A stretch of DNA of 34,201 nucleotides from Spirochaetota bacterium. Its GTDB lineage: Bacteria > Spirochaetota > Spirochaetia > DSM-27196 > SLST01. Shown here piece after piece: positions 25,296-33,558 of the stretch. Within the stretch, counting starts at the first letter, position 1. Each line of letters opens with the position of its first letter. The stretch is taken from assembly GCA_048624115.1 (NCBI GenBank), contig JBMCTC010000002.1:1-34201 (forward strand), written 5' to 3'. The notes beneath the pieces were generated by a model, which was given only the letters and a program-made list of their open reading frames with translations, had not been told where the DNA came from and made no database searches. A program made the translations under genes and the position numbers.

Positions 25296-26475
25296 GGCCG
25301 AGCTCCTTCGCAACCGCAGTAAGCTGTTCGAGCGTATAGTCGAGCTCTTCGCGCGTGTGCGCAGCGCTCACCTGCATTCGTATACGCGCGCTACCCTTCG
25401 GGACCACGGGATACGAGAAGCCGATCACATACACGCCGCGCGCGAGCAGGAGGTCGGCCATCTCGTGGGCCAGCTTTGCCTCACCAAGCATAATCGGCAC
25501 GATCGGATGGGAGCCCCCGGGAATCGACAGGCCGATCTTTGCGACTTCGTTGCGGAAGTAGCGAGTGTTCTCTTCGAGCCGATCGCGAAGCTCGCTGCTT
25601 GATTCGAGAAGGTCGAGCACGGCTATCGACGCGGCCACAATGCTCGGCGCGACGCTGTTGCTAAAAAGGTAGGGGCGCGACCGCTGTCGCAGCAGATCCA
25701 CGACCTCTGCGTTCGCGGCGGTGTAGCCGCCGGTGGCTCCGCCGAGCGCCTTACCAAGGGTCCCGGTAATGATGTCGACGCGGTCGACCACATCGTGATA
25801 CTCGTGGGTCCCCCTACCCTTTGCCCCGAGAAAGCCCACCGCGTGGCAGTCGTCAAACATGACAAGTGCCCCGTGTTTCTCGGCGAGATCACAGATACCG
25901 GGAAGGTTTGCAATGGTTCCGTCCATCGAGAAAACCCCATCCGTCGCGATGAGCTTCACATCGGCTTCGGAAGCCTCTTCGAGCCGCTGCTCCAAATCGG
26001 CCATATCGCAGTTCTTGAAGACGTAGCGCTTGGCCTTGCAGAGGCGCACACCGTCGATGATGCTCGCGTGGTTCAAGCTGTCGCTGATGATCGCGTCTTC
26101 AGGGCCCAACAGCGTCTCAAAGAGACCACCGTTTGCGTCGAAACAGGAGGCATAAAGAATCGCGTCTTCCGTTCCCAAGAACGAGGCGAGACGCCTCTCG
26201 AGCTCCTTATGGATCTCTTGGGTCCCACAGATAAATCGAACGGACGAGAGGCCAAAACCCCATTCGTCGAGGCTCTTGCGCGCCGCCTCGATGACGCTCG
26301 GATGGTTGGAGAGGCCGAGGTAGTTGTTCGCGCAGAAGTTGATGACGTTCTTCCCGTCTGCCACACCGATCGTCGAATCCTGCGGCGTCTCGATGATTCG
26401 CTCGGTCTTATAGAGCCCCGCCTCTCGTATCTCCTGTAAGATAGATGAGAAACGCGCGCGTGCGTGAGTGTCCAT
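25285..26475 (-). CDS. kbl: Glycine C-acetyltransferase (2-amino-3-ketobutyrate CoA ligase)
   Basis: 396 aa, collinear and highly similar by eye to E. coli Kbl along its whole length. Shared blocks: [96 protein letters not shown] and [10 protein letters not shown]. Confidence 0.95.
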   Translation of the reverse strand: MDTHARARFSSILQEIREAGLYKTERIIETPQDSTIGVADGKNVINFCANNYLGLSNHPSVIEAARKSLDEWGFGLSSVRFICGTQEIHKELERRLASFLGTEDAILYASCFDANGGLFETLLGPEDAIISDSLNHASIIDGVRLCKAKRYVFKNCDMADLEQRLEEASEADVKLIATDGVFSMDGTIANLPGICDLAEKHGALVMFDDCHAVGFLGAKGRGTHEYHDVVDRVDIITGTLGKALGGATGGYTAANAEVVDLLRQRSRPYLFSNSVAPSIVAASIAVLDLLESSSELRDRLEENTRYFRNEVAKIGLSIPGGSHPIVPIMLGEAKLAHEMADLLLARGVYVIGFSYPVVPKGSARIRMQVSAAHTREELDYTLEQLTAVAKELGHGA

Positions 26476-26504
26476 GGAACCTCCACGGGCGATTGTAGGG
26501 CAGG

Positions 26505-27137
26505 TTAGAAGATCACCGCAAGCACAATGTTCGCGGTAACCACGACGATCAGACCAATCGTGCCGAGCAGATCAGTGCGCGTAGCTGTGGGAGCGCTCTG
26601 TTCGGGCGGACCGTCGGTCTCCGCCTGCTCGCGATCAAGCGGATACATTTCGAGCAGAATACCGTCGAGGCTCTCTACGAGAGCGGCAGCCCGCACGCGT
26701 TTCTTGGCATCGAGAATATGCTCAAAGTAAAAGAAAAGACGAGCGATCATGCCGCCGAAGGTTCCGGGCAGTTTGAGGTCCGGGCGTACCGCCGAGAGCG
26801 AGATAAACACAAGACCAACGATCGCGAAGCCCTTGAGCAGGCCTTGTTCGAGCGCTCCGCGGGTTACCGGCCAGGGACCAATCTCGAACAAGACCTGGCC
26901 CACCGGAGTGAGAAGATTAAAGATGGTGATCGAGCTAACCATGATCGCGAAGTAGCCCCAACGAATTCGCTTACCAGCGAGCATGGCAAAGACCGCAAAT
27001 AGCAGCACTTGGGCGATACGGACGGTCAGGGAGGCCTGGAAGAGAAACGCCACAATCAGAACTGCTCCCGCGAGAAAGAGTGGGCGCGGGGCGATGTGGC
27101 GCGCGAGGCGGTTTGGTCGCTTCTTTCTACGCGCCAT
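26505..27137 (-). CDS. Polytopic membrane protein, function unknown (weakly CbiQ/EcfT-like)
   Basis: 210 aa. Basic N-terminus ([14 protein letters not shown]) is followed by about 5 hydrophobic segments and an acidic C-terminal tail. It overlaps the upstream Gx-type gene by 11 nt. Confidence 0.55.
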   Translation of the reverse strand: MARRKKRPNRLARHIAPRPLFLAGAVLIVAFLFQASLTVRIAQVLLFAVFAMLAGKRIRWGYFAIMVSSITIFNLLTPVGQVLFEIGPWPVTRGALEQGLLKGFAIVGLVFISLSAVRPDLKLPGTFGGMIARLFFYFEHILDAKKRVRAAALVESLDGILLEMYPLDREQAETDGPPEQSAPTATRTDLLGTIGLIVVVTANIVLAVIF

Positions 27138-27666
27138 GCAACTGCTCTCGGAGACCGGTTATCCACGCCGAGCGAGTGTAGAAGCGCTCGGCAAAGAGCC
27201 CGACAACGAAACCGCTCGCCACGCCAAGCCCGAGGAAAACCGGGGCGATGACCCACGAGCTCTCGCCAAAGATAAACAGGACCGAGAGGGTAATCTGGAC
27301 GGCGTTGCTCGCCAATGCCCCGAACACACTCACGCCAATCAGCGATATCCAACGCCTCCCGGCGTGGTAGGCGAGCAGCATCACCAGGGCGCTCGTGAGG
27401 CTTCCCGCGGCAGAGAACAGAAACACATAGCTCGCGAGCGTGCCGTTCACGAGCCCCTGGCCCACGACCTTGAGCGTTACCAAGAGCAGGACATACCCGG
27501 GCGAAAAGAGGCCGAGACTAATGAGCACGGGGATGTTTGCCAGGCCAAGGCGGAAGAATGGAACCGGCTTCGGGAACAGATACTCAATCGTCGAGAAAAA
27601 GAGGCAGAGCGCACCGAAGAATGCAATGATGTCGAGCTTGCGTGCGCGAGAAGCTTGAGAAATCAT
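27127..27666 (-). CDS. Gx-transporter family membrane protein (Hpre_diP_synt_I-like)
   Basis: About 179 aa with 5 TM segments. LFFSTIEYLFPKPVPFFRLGLANIPVLISL is typical of the family often misannotated as heptaprenyl diphosphate synthase component I. ATG at 27666; the track start at 27672 is a TTG. Confidence 0.7.
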   Translation of the reverse strand: MISQASRARKLDIIAFFGALCLFFSTIEYLFPKPVPFFRLGLANIPVLISLGLFSPGYVLLLVTLKVVGQGLVNGTLASYVFLFSAAGSLTSALVMLLAYHAGRRWISLIGVSVFGALASNAVQITLSVLFIFGESSWVIAPVFLGLGVASGFVVGLFAERFYTRSAWITGLREQLHGA

Positions 27667-27689
27667 GACCAAAGTCTACTAAACTATTC

Positions 27690-27718
27690 TTGACGCGGGG
27701 AAAGCCTCCTGCTTCAAT
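27690..27718 (+). promoter_or_regulatory. Putative sigma70-type promoter of the PRC-barrel/patatin pair (TTGACG-N17-TTCAAT)
   Basis: TTGACG at 27690-27695, 17-nt spacer, TTCAAT at 27713-27718. AGGAGGA lies at 27724-27730 and the ATG at 27735. The ORF-track TTG start coincides with the -35 hexamer, which argues for the ATG at 27735. Confidence 0.4.
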
Positions 27719-27734
27719 TGATCAGGAGGATCCG

Positions 27735-28502
27735 ATGTTTGTTCACTTGAAGGATCTCGAGGGATTGAGGATTTCGGCCGAAGACGGCGAGATCGGGCAC
27801 GTTGCCGACGTCTATGTGGATGACCATCAGTGGGTCGTCCGCTATCTGGTTGTTGCCACCGGAAGCTGGCTCTTTGGCAAGAAAGTATTGATCTCGCCAA
27901 ATGCGGTTACAAAGCTCGACCGTTCAGGGGGTGCGATTTGCGTCGCACTAAGTAAGGAACAGGTGCGCAATAGCCCCGACATAGACACCGATCGACCGAT
28001 CAGCCGGCAGCAAGAGGCCGAGTATCACCTCTACTACAACTTCCCGCCGTACTGGGGCGGCGTAGCGCTGTGGGGGCGCTACGAGCAGCCGGGGGTCGAG
28101 CCGGATGAGACCGATGAGGAGGCGACTCATCAAGACAAGAAGTACGGAGCGAAGTGGGACAGTCATCTGCGAAGTGCACGTGAGGTGCGTGGATACCGAG
28201 TGACGGCTACCGACGGAGAAGTCGGTCATATCGACAACTTTCTCATGGAGTCCGACACCTGGGCGATTCGTTATCTCGTGATCAACACCGGAGGATGGCT
28301 CAAACGTCACGAAGTGCTCTTTATTCCGAAGCTCATTGACCGGGTGAGCTGGGCAGATGCTCGAGTCACCGTGAACACCTCGAAAGGGCTACTCGAGCGC
28401 GCACCCGAGTATCATGCGGGTCACGAGATTGACCGAACGAGTGAAATGGCGCTGTTTTCGCACTTCACTGCACACCCCTACTGGGAGGAATCGCAACAAT
28501 GA
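27735..28502 (+). CDS. Tandem PRC-barrel domain protein
   Basis: 255 aa from the ATG at 27735. There are two PRC-barrel repeats: LEGLRISAEDGEIGHVADVYVDDHQWVVRYLVVATGSWLFGKKVLISP and VRGYRVTATDGEVGHIDNFLMESDTWAIRYLVINTGGWLKRHEVLFIP. The stop overlaps the patatin ATG (ATGA). Confidence 0.8.
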   Translation: MFVHLKDLEGLRISAEDGEIGHVADVYVDDHQWVVRYLVVATGSWLFGKKVLISPNAVTKLDRSGGAICVALSKEQVRNSPDIDTDRPISRQQEAEYHLYYNFPPYWGGVALWGRYEQPGVEPDETDEEATHQDKKYGAKWDSHLRSAREVRGYRVTATDGEVGHIDNFLMESDTWAIRYLVINTGGWLKRHEVLFIPKLIDRVSWADARVTVNTSKGLLERAPEYHAGHEIDRTSEMALFSHFTAHPYWEESQQ

Positions 28503-29284
28503 GCCAGAGACGAGCCGGCTTTGGCCTCGCCCTCGGAGGTGGCGCCGCCCGGGGCGTTGCCCACATCGGCGTACTGCGAGTACTCGAAGAGGAGGGGCTC
28601 GAACCGGATTTCATCTGTGGAACCAGTGCCGGCAGCATCGTGGGAGCCCTCTACGCCGGAGGCTACCGCTGGGAGACAATAGCGGAGGTAGTCCGTAGCA
28701 CCGACTGGCGCGATATCGTTCAGCCGGTTTTTCCCAAGATGGGCCTGGTCAAGGCCGAGAAGCTTCAGCAACGCCTGAACGAGCTGCTCGACAGCCTGAC
28801 CTTCGAAGAGCTCGACGTGCCGTTCTGTGCCGTAGCCGTGGATATCATGACCGGGAAAAAGGTTCAGTTGCGAACCGGACCCGTTGCGCCGGCCGTGCGC
28901 GCGAGCTGTAGCGTGCCCGGCATTTTCGAACCGATGATCGACGGAGATCGGGTCTTGGTCGATGGCGGAATTCTCGAAGAGGTGCCCATTTACACCTGTC
29001 AGGATATGGGGGCAAAGATTGTCCTCGCGGTAGACCTGAACTCGGATCTTGCAACACCGCGCTTTCCCGAAAACGTCTTTCACGTGATCCTGGCGTCGTT
29101 TGCCGCGATTTCTCGTAATCGAGAGAAACTTGCCCACTCGCGTCGGAACGTCGTGGTTGCGCTCCCCAAGCTCGCTGAGTTCAGCTTTCACGATCTGAAG
29201 CGGCGCGAAGAGCTCATCGAGGCGGGAGCGGCCGCCGTGCGAGAAGAGTTGCCAAGGCTCAAGAAGCTTCTGCGGATGAGATAG
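28499..29284 (+). CDS. Patatin-like phospholipase (RssA/YlbK-type)
   Basis: 261 aa. Oxyanion loop GGGAARGVAHIGVL, nucleophile elbow GTSAGS (GxSxG), and catalytic Asp in VLVDGGI. Confidence 0.9.
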   Translation: MSQRRAGFGLALGGGAARGVAHIGVLRVLEEEGLEPDFICGTSAGSIVGALYAGGYRWETIAEVVRSTDWRDIVQPVFPKMGLVKAEKLQQRLNELLDSLTFEELDVPFCAVAVDIMTGKKVQLRTGPVAPAVRASCSVPGIFEPMIDGDRVLVDGGILEEVPIYTCQDMGAKIVLAVDLNSDLATPRFPENVFHVILASFAAISRNREKLAHSRRNVVVALPKLAEFSFHDLKRREELIEAGAAAVREELPRLKKLLRMR

Positions 29285-29300
29285 GGTCTAATATCGGTGT

Positions 29301-29374
<74 letters not shown>

Positions 29375-29383
29375 GATGAACAG

Positions 29384-29412
29384 ACTCTAGCGATCCGCAA
29401 TATCGATGTCAA
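29384..29412 (-). promoter_or_regulatory. Putative promoter of tRNA-Arg (TTGACA-N17-TAGAGT)
   Basis: Minus-strand read: TTGACA (29412-29407), 17-nt spacer, TAGAGT (29389-29384). The mature tRNA 5' end lies 10 nt downstream of the -10. Confidence 0.45.
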
Positions 29413-29414
29413 GC

Positions 29415-29443
29415 TTGACAGGGCAGAGCTCAGGCTTGAGAAT
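29415..29443 (+). promoter_or_regulatory. Putative promoter of the DUF4321-maf unit (TTGACA-N17-GAGAAT)
   Basis: TTGACA at 29415-29420, 17-nt spacer, GAGAAT at 29438-29443. The ATG at 29452 begins 9 nt after the -10, with no Shine-Dalgarno. Confidence 0.35.
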
Positions 29444-29451
29444 CCGCTGCC

Positions 29452-29688
29452 ATGAAGCTTTCTTCGAAAACACTCCCGGTGTTCACCCGAATTCTGGTGG
29501 CCTCGCTTGCCGTGGGGACGCTCGCGTGGGAGCTCGTGGAACGGATCATTGCACTTGCCGGCCGTACCCTCGACCTGGCCGTAGGCCCGATCGGATTCGA
29601 TGTGCACGTCGTTGCACTCTGGTTCATGCTGAACCCCGGCACGTTGCTCGGCATCCTTCCGGCGGTGCTGCTCTTTCGGAGGCTGTAG
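29452..29688 (+). CDS. Small membrane protein, DUF4321-like
   Basis: 78 aa with two hydrophobic helices (VFTRILVASLAVGTLAWELV and VVALWFMLNPGTLLGILPAVLLF). The stop is immediately followed by the maf ATG (TAGATG). As I recall, a DUF4321 gene upstream of maf is a recurrent arrangement. Confidence 0.6.
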   Translation: MKLSSKTLPVFTRILVASLAVGTLAWELVERIIALAGRTLDLAVGPIGFDVHVVALWFMLNPGTLLGILPAVLLFRRL

Positions 29689-30279
29689 ATGAATCCGATT
29701 ATCCTGGCCTCCGCCTCCCCTCGCCGCGCTGAGCTTCTGCGCCAGATAGAGTACGAACCGATTGTGATTCCGGCCGAGGTGGATGAAGAGGCGATCCGCC
29801 GAGAACAAGCCGCCGACCTCGTTCGGGCGCTTGCCCAGGCAAAGCTCGAGGCGGTCTGCGCCAGACTCGAGGAAGAGGCAGACCGGCGCGTGGCTCTGTT
29901 GCCGGTGCTTGCCGCCGATACGGTTGTCACGCGAGGCGACCGGATCCTCGAGAAGCCTACCGATCGCGCGGACGCGAGCAGCATGCTTTCACTCCTATCG
30001 GGAGGCGAGCACGCCGTAATGACAGGTGTCGCCGTCAGGTTTCCAGGAGAGCGCGAGCCGGTAGTGGCGCATGCCGAGACGGTTGTGACCTTTGCGGATA
30101 TCAACAGCGACGAAATCGATTGGTACCTCGACAGAGGAGAATGGCGAGACGTGGCCGGGGCGTATCGAATCCAGGGCGTGGCGGCCCGCTTTATCAGCTC
30201 GATCCGAGGCTCGTACAGCAACGTCGTAGGGTTGCCTCTGCACCTCGTTTACTCTATCCTTATGGGTCAACGGCCTTAG
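29689..30279 (+). CDS. maf: Maf-family nucleoside triphosphate pyrophosphatase (septum formation inhibitor-like)
   Basis: 196 aa. MNPIILASASPRRAELL, ADTVV, EKP.D...A..ML..LSG..H.V.TGV, and GAYRIQG...FI..I.GSYSNVVGLPL are all Maf signatures. Confidence 0.9.
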   Translation: MNPIILASASPRRAELLRQIEYEPIVIPAEVDEEAIRREQAADLVRALAQAKLEAVCARLEEEADRRVALLPVLAADTVVTRGDRILEKPTDRADASSMLSLLSGGEHAVMTGVAVRFPGEREPVVAHAETVVTFADINSDEIDWYLDRGEWRDVAGAYRIQGVAARFISSIRGSYSNVVGLPLHLVYSILMGQRP

Positions 30280-30362
30280 GCCGAAATCTTCCGTTACATC
30301 AATCCGATTGACAGTAACGAGAAACAGCGATGGGGCGCCACAAGAGGCGCATAGGAGGAATC

Positions 30363-31352
30363 ATGGCAGTAGTGACCATGAAGAACTTGCTCGAGTCCGG
30401 TGTGCACTTTGGACACCAGACCAAGCGATGGGATCCCCGCATGAAGAAGTTCATCTACGATGAACGAAACGGGATTCACATCATCGACCTACAAAAGACA
30501 ATCGTGTGCATTAAGGACGCGTATGAAGTCGTGCGCAAAGCGGTTGTCAACAACAAATCGGTCCTCTTTGTAGGAACCAAGAAGCAGGCGCAGCAGGCCG
30601 TTCAGACCGAAGCCGAACGCTGTGGCATGTTTTACGTCAATAACCGCTGGCTTGGCGGTATGCTCACCAACTTCTCCACGATCAAGAAATCACTTCTCAG
30701 ACTCAAGAAGATTGAGAAGATGGAGATTGATGGCACCTTCGAGAGCCTCACGAAGAAAGAGGTCGCACGCATCAACAAAGAGCGTGCTCGGCTCGAGAAG
30801 AACCTCGGCGGTATCAAAGAGATGAAGGAACTGCCGGGCATCATTTTTATCATTGACACGCGAAAAGAGCAGATTGCGGTTGCGGAGGCGCAGCGGATGG
30901 GTATTCCGATTGTCGCGGTCGTAGACACAAACTGTAACCCCGAAGGCATCGACTTTCCGATCCCGGGCAACGACGATGCGATCCGGGCGATCACGCTGTT
31001 CACGCAGATTGTTGCAAATGCGGTTATCGAGGCCGACAACGAGATTGGGCTCGAGGTCATCGAGAGCCTCCAGGACGAGGACGAACCGACGGTTGAATTG
31101 GGCGAATCGGGCGAAGAGGCTCCTCCTCGCGACGAAGAGGTCGTGACGGTTCCGCTTGCAGCAGCCGTGAAGGAAGAGACTGAAACCGAAAAATCCTCCG
31201 AAGACTCGGAGAACGTCTACACCGATCAGGACTACTCAGATTACCAGCCTGACGCCGAAGAGACCAAAGATAAAGAACCCGAACTGGAAGTCGAGGATGA
31301 GCTGGTAGACGAGGCCGGCATCGACGAGGACGAGATCCAAGAGGACAAATAG
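30363..31352 (+). CDS. rpsB: 30S ribosomal protein S2 with a long acidic C-terminal extension
   Basis: ATG at 30363 with AGGAGGA 5 nt upstream. [32 protein letters not shown] and VVDTNCNP are S2 signatures. About 96 extra Asp/Glu-rich residues follow the conserved core. Confidence 0.95.
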   Translation: MAVVTMKNLLESGVHFGHQTKRWDPRMKKFIYDERNGIHIIDLQKTIVCIKDAYEVVRKAVVNNKSVLFVGTKKQAQQAVQTEAERCGMFYVNNRWLGGMLTNFSTIKKSLLRLKKIEKMEIDGTFESLTKKEVARINKERARLEKNLGGIKEMKELPGIIFIIDTRKEQIAVAEAQRMGIPIVAVVDTNCNPEGIDFPIPGNDDAIRAITLFTQIVANAVIEADNEIGLEVIESLQDEDEPTVELGESGEEAPPRDEEVVTVPLAAAVKEETETEKSSEDSENVYTDQDYSDYQPDAEETKDKEPELEVEDELVDEAGIDEDEIQEDK

Positions 31353-31410
31353 TCCCGTAGCATTTTTGACCGATTATGGTCACAACGTGTTTATACGATT
31401 CGGAGGAACC

Positions 31411-32256
31411 ATGGATATCAAAGCACAAGACGTCAAGAAGCTCCGCGAGAAGACGGGAGCGGGAATGATGGACTGCAAGAAGGCGCTCACCGAGGCAGGT
31501 GGCGACTTCGAGAAGGCAGAGAAGATACTCAAAGAGCTCGGTCTCGCAGCTGCGGCAAAGCGAGGCGGGCGGGCAACAAACGAGGGGCGTGTGTTCACGC
31601 ACATCGAGGCCAACCGCGCAGCGATCCTCGAGCTTGCTTGTGAGACCGACTTCGTCGCCCGCAACGACGACTTCGTAAAGCTGGGCAAGGAGATCGTCGA
31701 AGACATGGCGAAGAGCGGCTCGGCAAGCGACAACGCCGAATACGACGGCAAGCTCAAAGAGGCAATGACGACGATCAAGGAGAACATGACCATTCGTCGC
31801 GGCGCGCTCATTAGCATTGGCGAAGGAGAACTGGTCAAGGATTACATTCACGGCGACAGCGGAAAAATCGGCGTCCTCGTGAAAGTAAAAGCCGATAAGC
31901 CTGAGATTTTGGGCAAACCGGAGGTGCATGCGTTCGCGTTCGACGTGGCGCTGCACGTGGCTGCGTTCCGACCAACCTTTCTCTCTGCCGAACTGGCAGA
32001 CAAGAATTACGTCGCCGAGCAAGAAGAGATCTTCATGGCTCAGGCGAAACAGCTCGGCAAGCCGGAAAACGTGACCGCTGGAATCGCAAAGGGCAAGCTC
32101 AATAAGCACATGTCGGAGGTCAGCCTCCTCGAGCAGGGATTCGTGCGCGACGAGAAGACAAGCGTTGCGAAGACCGCGACTTCACTTGGCAAGAGCGTTG
32201 GAGGTACCGTAGAGGTAGTTGACTTCGTCTGCTACATGGTCGGAGAAGAGGCGTAG
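31411..32256 (+). CDS. tsf: Translation elongation factor Ts
   Basis: ATG at 31411 preceded by GGAGGA. MDIKAQDVKKLREKTGAGMMDCKKALTEAGGDFEKA is the EF-Ts UBA-like N-terminus. LACETDFVARND is also present. Confidence 0.95.
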   Translation: MDIKAQDVKKLREKTGAGMMDCKKALTEAGGDFEKAEKILKELGLAAAAKRGGRATNEGRVFTHIEANRAAILELACETDFVARNDDFVKLGKEIVEDMAKSGSASDNAEYDGKLKEAMTTIKENMTIRRGALISIGEGELVKDYIHGDSGKIGVLVKVKADKPEILGKPEVHAFAFDVALHVAAFRPTFLSAELADKNYVAEQEEIFMAQAKQLGKPENVTAGIAKGKLNKHMSEVSLLEQGFVRDEKTSVAKTATSLGKSVGGTVEVVDFVCYMVGEEA

Positions 32257-32272
32257 CCACAAGGAGGCCACG

Positions 32273-32827
32273 ATGGACAGCGTTATCAAAGAAACCGAGA
32301 GCAAAATGAAAAAGACGCTTGTCGCCCTCGATGAGGAGTTTAACACCCTCAGGACCGGACGCGCGTCAGCGGCTCTATTTGATAAAGTCAGAGTCGAGTA
32401 CTACGGAAACCCGACGCCGCTCAACCAAGTGGCGACCATTTCAGTTCCGGAGGCTCGGCTCGTGGTCATCCAACCATGGGACAAGTCGATAATCGGCGAT
32501 ATCGAGAAGGCGATTCAGAAGTCCGAGCTGTCGCTGAATCCTCAGAACGACGGCAAGGTGATTCGCATTAGCATTCCACCGCTCACAGAGGAGCGACGGA
32601 AAGAGTTCGTCAAAATGGCCAAGAATATGGCCGAGCAGAGTCGGGTGAGTCTGCGCAATGTTCGGCGCGACGCGAACGACGAGCTCAAGAGTGCCGAGAG
32701 ATCGGGCGACCTGAGCGAAGACGAGCTCAAGCGTGCAGAGGATGAAGTGCAGAAGCTGACCGATACCTACGTCGAGCAGATCAACAAGAAGCTCGAGGAA
32801 AAAGAAGCGGAGATAATGGAAATCTAA
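32273..32827 (+). CDS. frr: Ribosome recycling factor
   Basis: 184 aa from the ATG at 32273 (AAGGAGG upstream). The blocks LRTGRASAALFDKVRVEYYG, VIQPWDKS, IRISIPPLTEERRKE and RNVRRDAND are canonical RRF. Confidence 0.95.
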   Translation: MDSVIKETESKMKKTLVALDEEFNTLRTGRASAALFDKVRVEYYGNPTPLNQVATISVPEARLVVIQPWDKSIIGDIEKAIQKSELSLNPQNDGKVIRISIPPLTEERRKEFVKMAKNMAEQSRVSLRNVRRDANDELKSAERSGDLSEDELKRAEDEVQKLTDTYVEQINKKLEEKEAEIMEI

Positions 32828-33558
32828 TGTCGGACGGCCGGACGACACAGGTAGATCCTACTCGCGTACCTGGTCACATCGCCATAATCATGGACGGCAA
32901 TGGCCGATGGGCCGAAGCGCGGAATCAGCCCCGATATCGCGGCCACCGCGAGGGGCTCGTCGCTGCAAAGCGCACGGTCAAGGCTGCCCGTGATCTCGGT
33001 GTCCGATATCTCTCGCTCTACACCTTTTCTACCGAAAACTGGAAACGAACCGAGGAAGAGGTTTCGTTTCTCATGGGACTCATCTCGTCGCACCTGCGAA
33101 AGGAGTACGACTTCTACCGCGAGAACCGCGTGCGGGTGCGTCATAGCGGCGACCTGACGAGACTTCCAACTGCTCTCCAAGAGGAGATTGCAACCGTCAC
33201 GAAAGACACCGCGGAGTACGACGGGATCCAGGTGGTCCTGGCCATCAACTATGGTGGGCGCGACGAGATCGTACGATCGGTGAATCGGTGGCTCGAGAAC
33301 GGGCGCAGTGGGAGCGCCCTCACCCATGAGGCGCTCGCCGCCCACCTCGATCAGCCCGCGGTTCCCGAGCCCGATCTGCTCATTCGCACCGGCGGGGAGC
33401 ATCGACTCTCAAACTTCTTGCTCTGGCAGTGCGCCTATGCCGAGCTGTTATTTACCGACGTACTGTGGCCCGACTTCGCAAAAGAGGATCTGGCCTCGGC
33501 AATAAGGGACTATCAGAGCAGGGACCGCCGTTTCGGAGCCATCGCGTGCGCAACATAG
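32827..33558 (+). CDS. uppS: Undecaprenyl (di-trans,poly-cis-polyprenyl) diphosphate synthase
   Basis: 243 aa. HIAIIMDGNGRWA, FSTENWKR and LIRTGGEHRLSNFLLWQCAYAEL are present. The ATG overlaps the frr stop (TAATG). Confidence 0.95.
   Translation: MSDGRTTQVDPTRVPGHIAIIMDGNGRWAEARNQPRYRGHREGLVAAKRTVKAARDLGVRYLSLYTFSTENWKRTEEEVSFLMGLISSHLRKEYDFYRENRVRVRHSGDLTRLPTALQEEIATVTKDTAEYDGIQVVLAINYGGRDEIVRSVNRWLENGRSGSALTHEALAAHLDQPAVPEPDLLIRTGGEHRLSNFLLWQCAYAELLFTDVLWPDFAKEDLASAIRDYQSRDRRFGAIACAT

Noticed and set aside
29430-30221. 263-aa minus-strand ORF. I treated the similar ORFs at 19873-20652, 21284-21976 and 28478-29191 the same way.
   Set aside because: All are antisense to genes with clear family signatures (maf/DUF4321, the cysteate-synthase-like gene, the AOS, patatin). 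Their products are Ser/Arg-rich and low-complexity.
30271-30313. Small hairpin CGGCC-TTA-GGCCG at the maf stop, and a TTGACA at 30308-30313 upstream of rpsB
   Set aside because: The hairpin is only 5 bp and has no U-tract. The TTGACA has no acceptable -10 at 16-19 nt spacing (TGGGGC), so I do not call a terminator or a promoter here.
31057-32109. 350-aa minus-strand ORF
   Set aside because: It is antisense to rpsB and tsf, both unambiguous. It is a shadow ORF.
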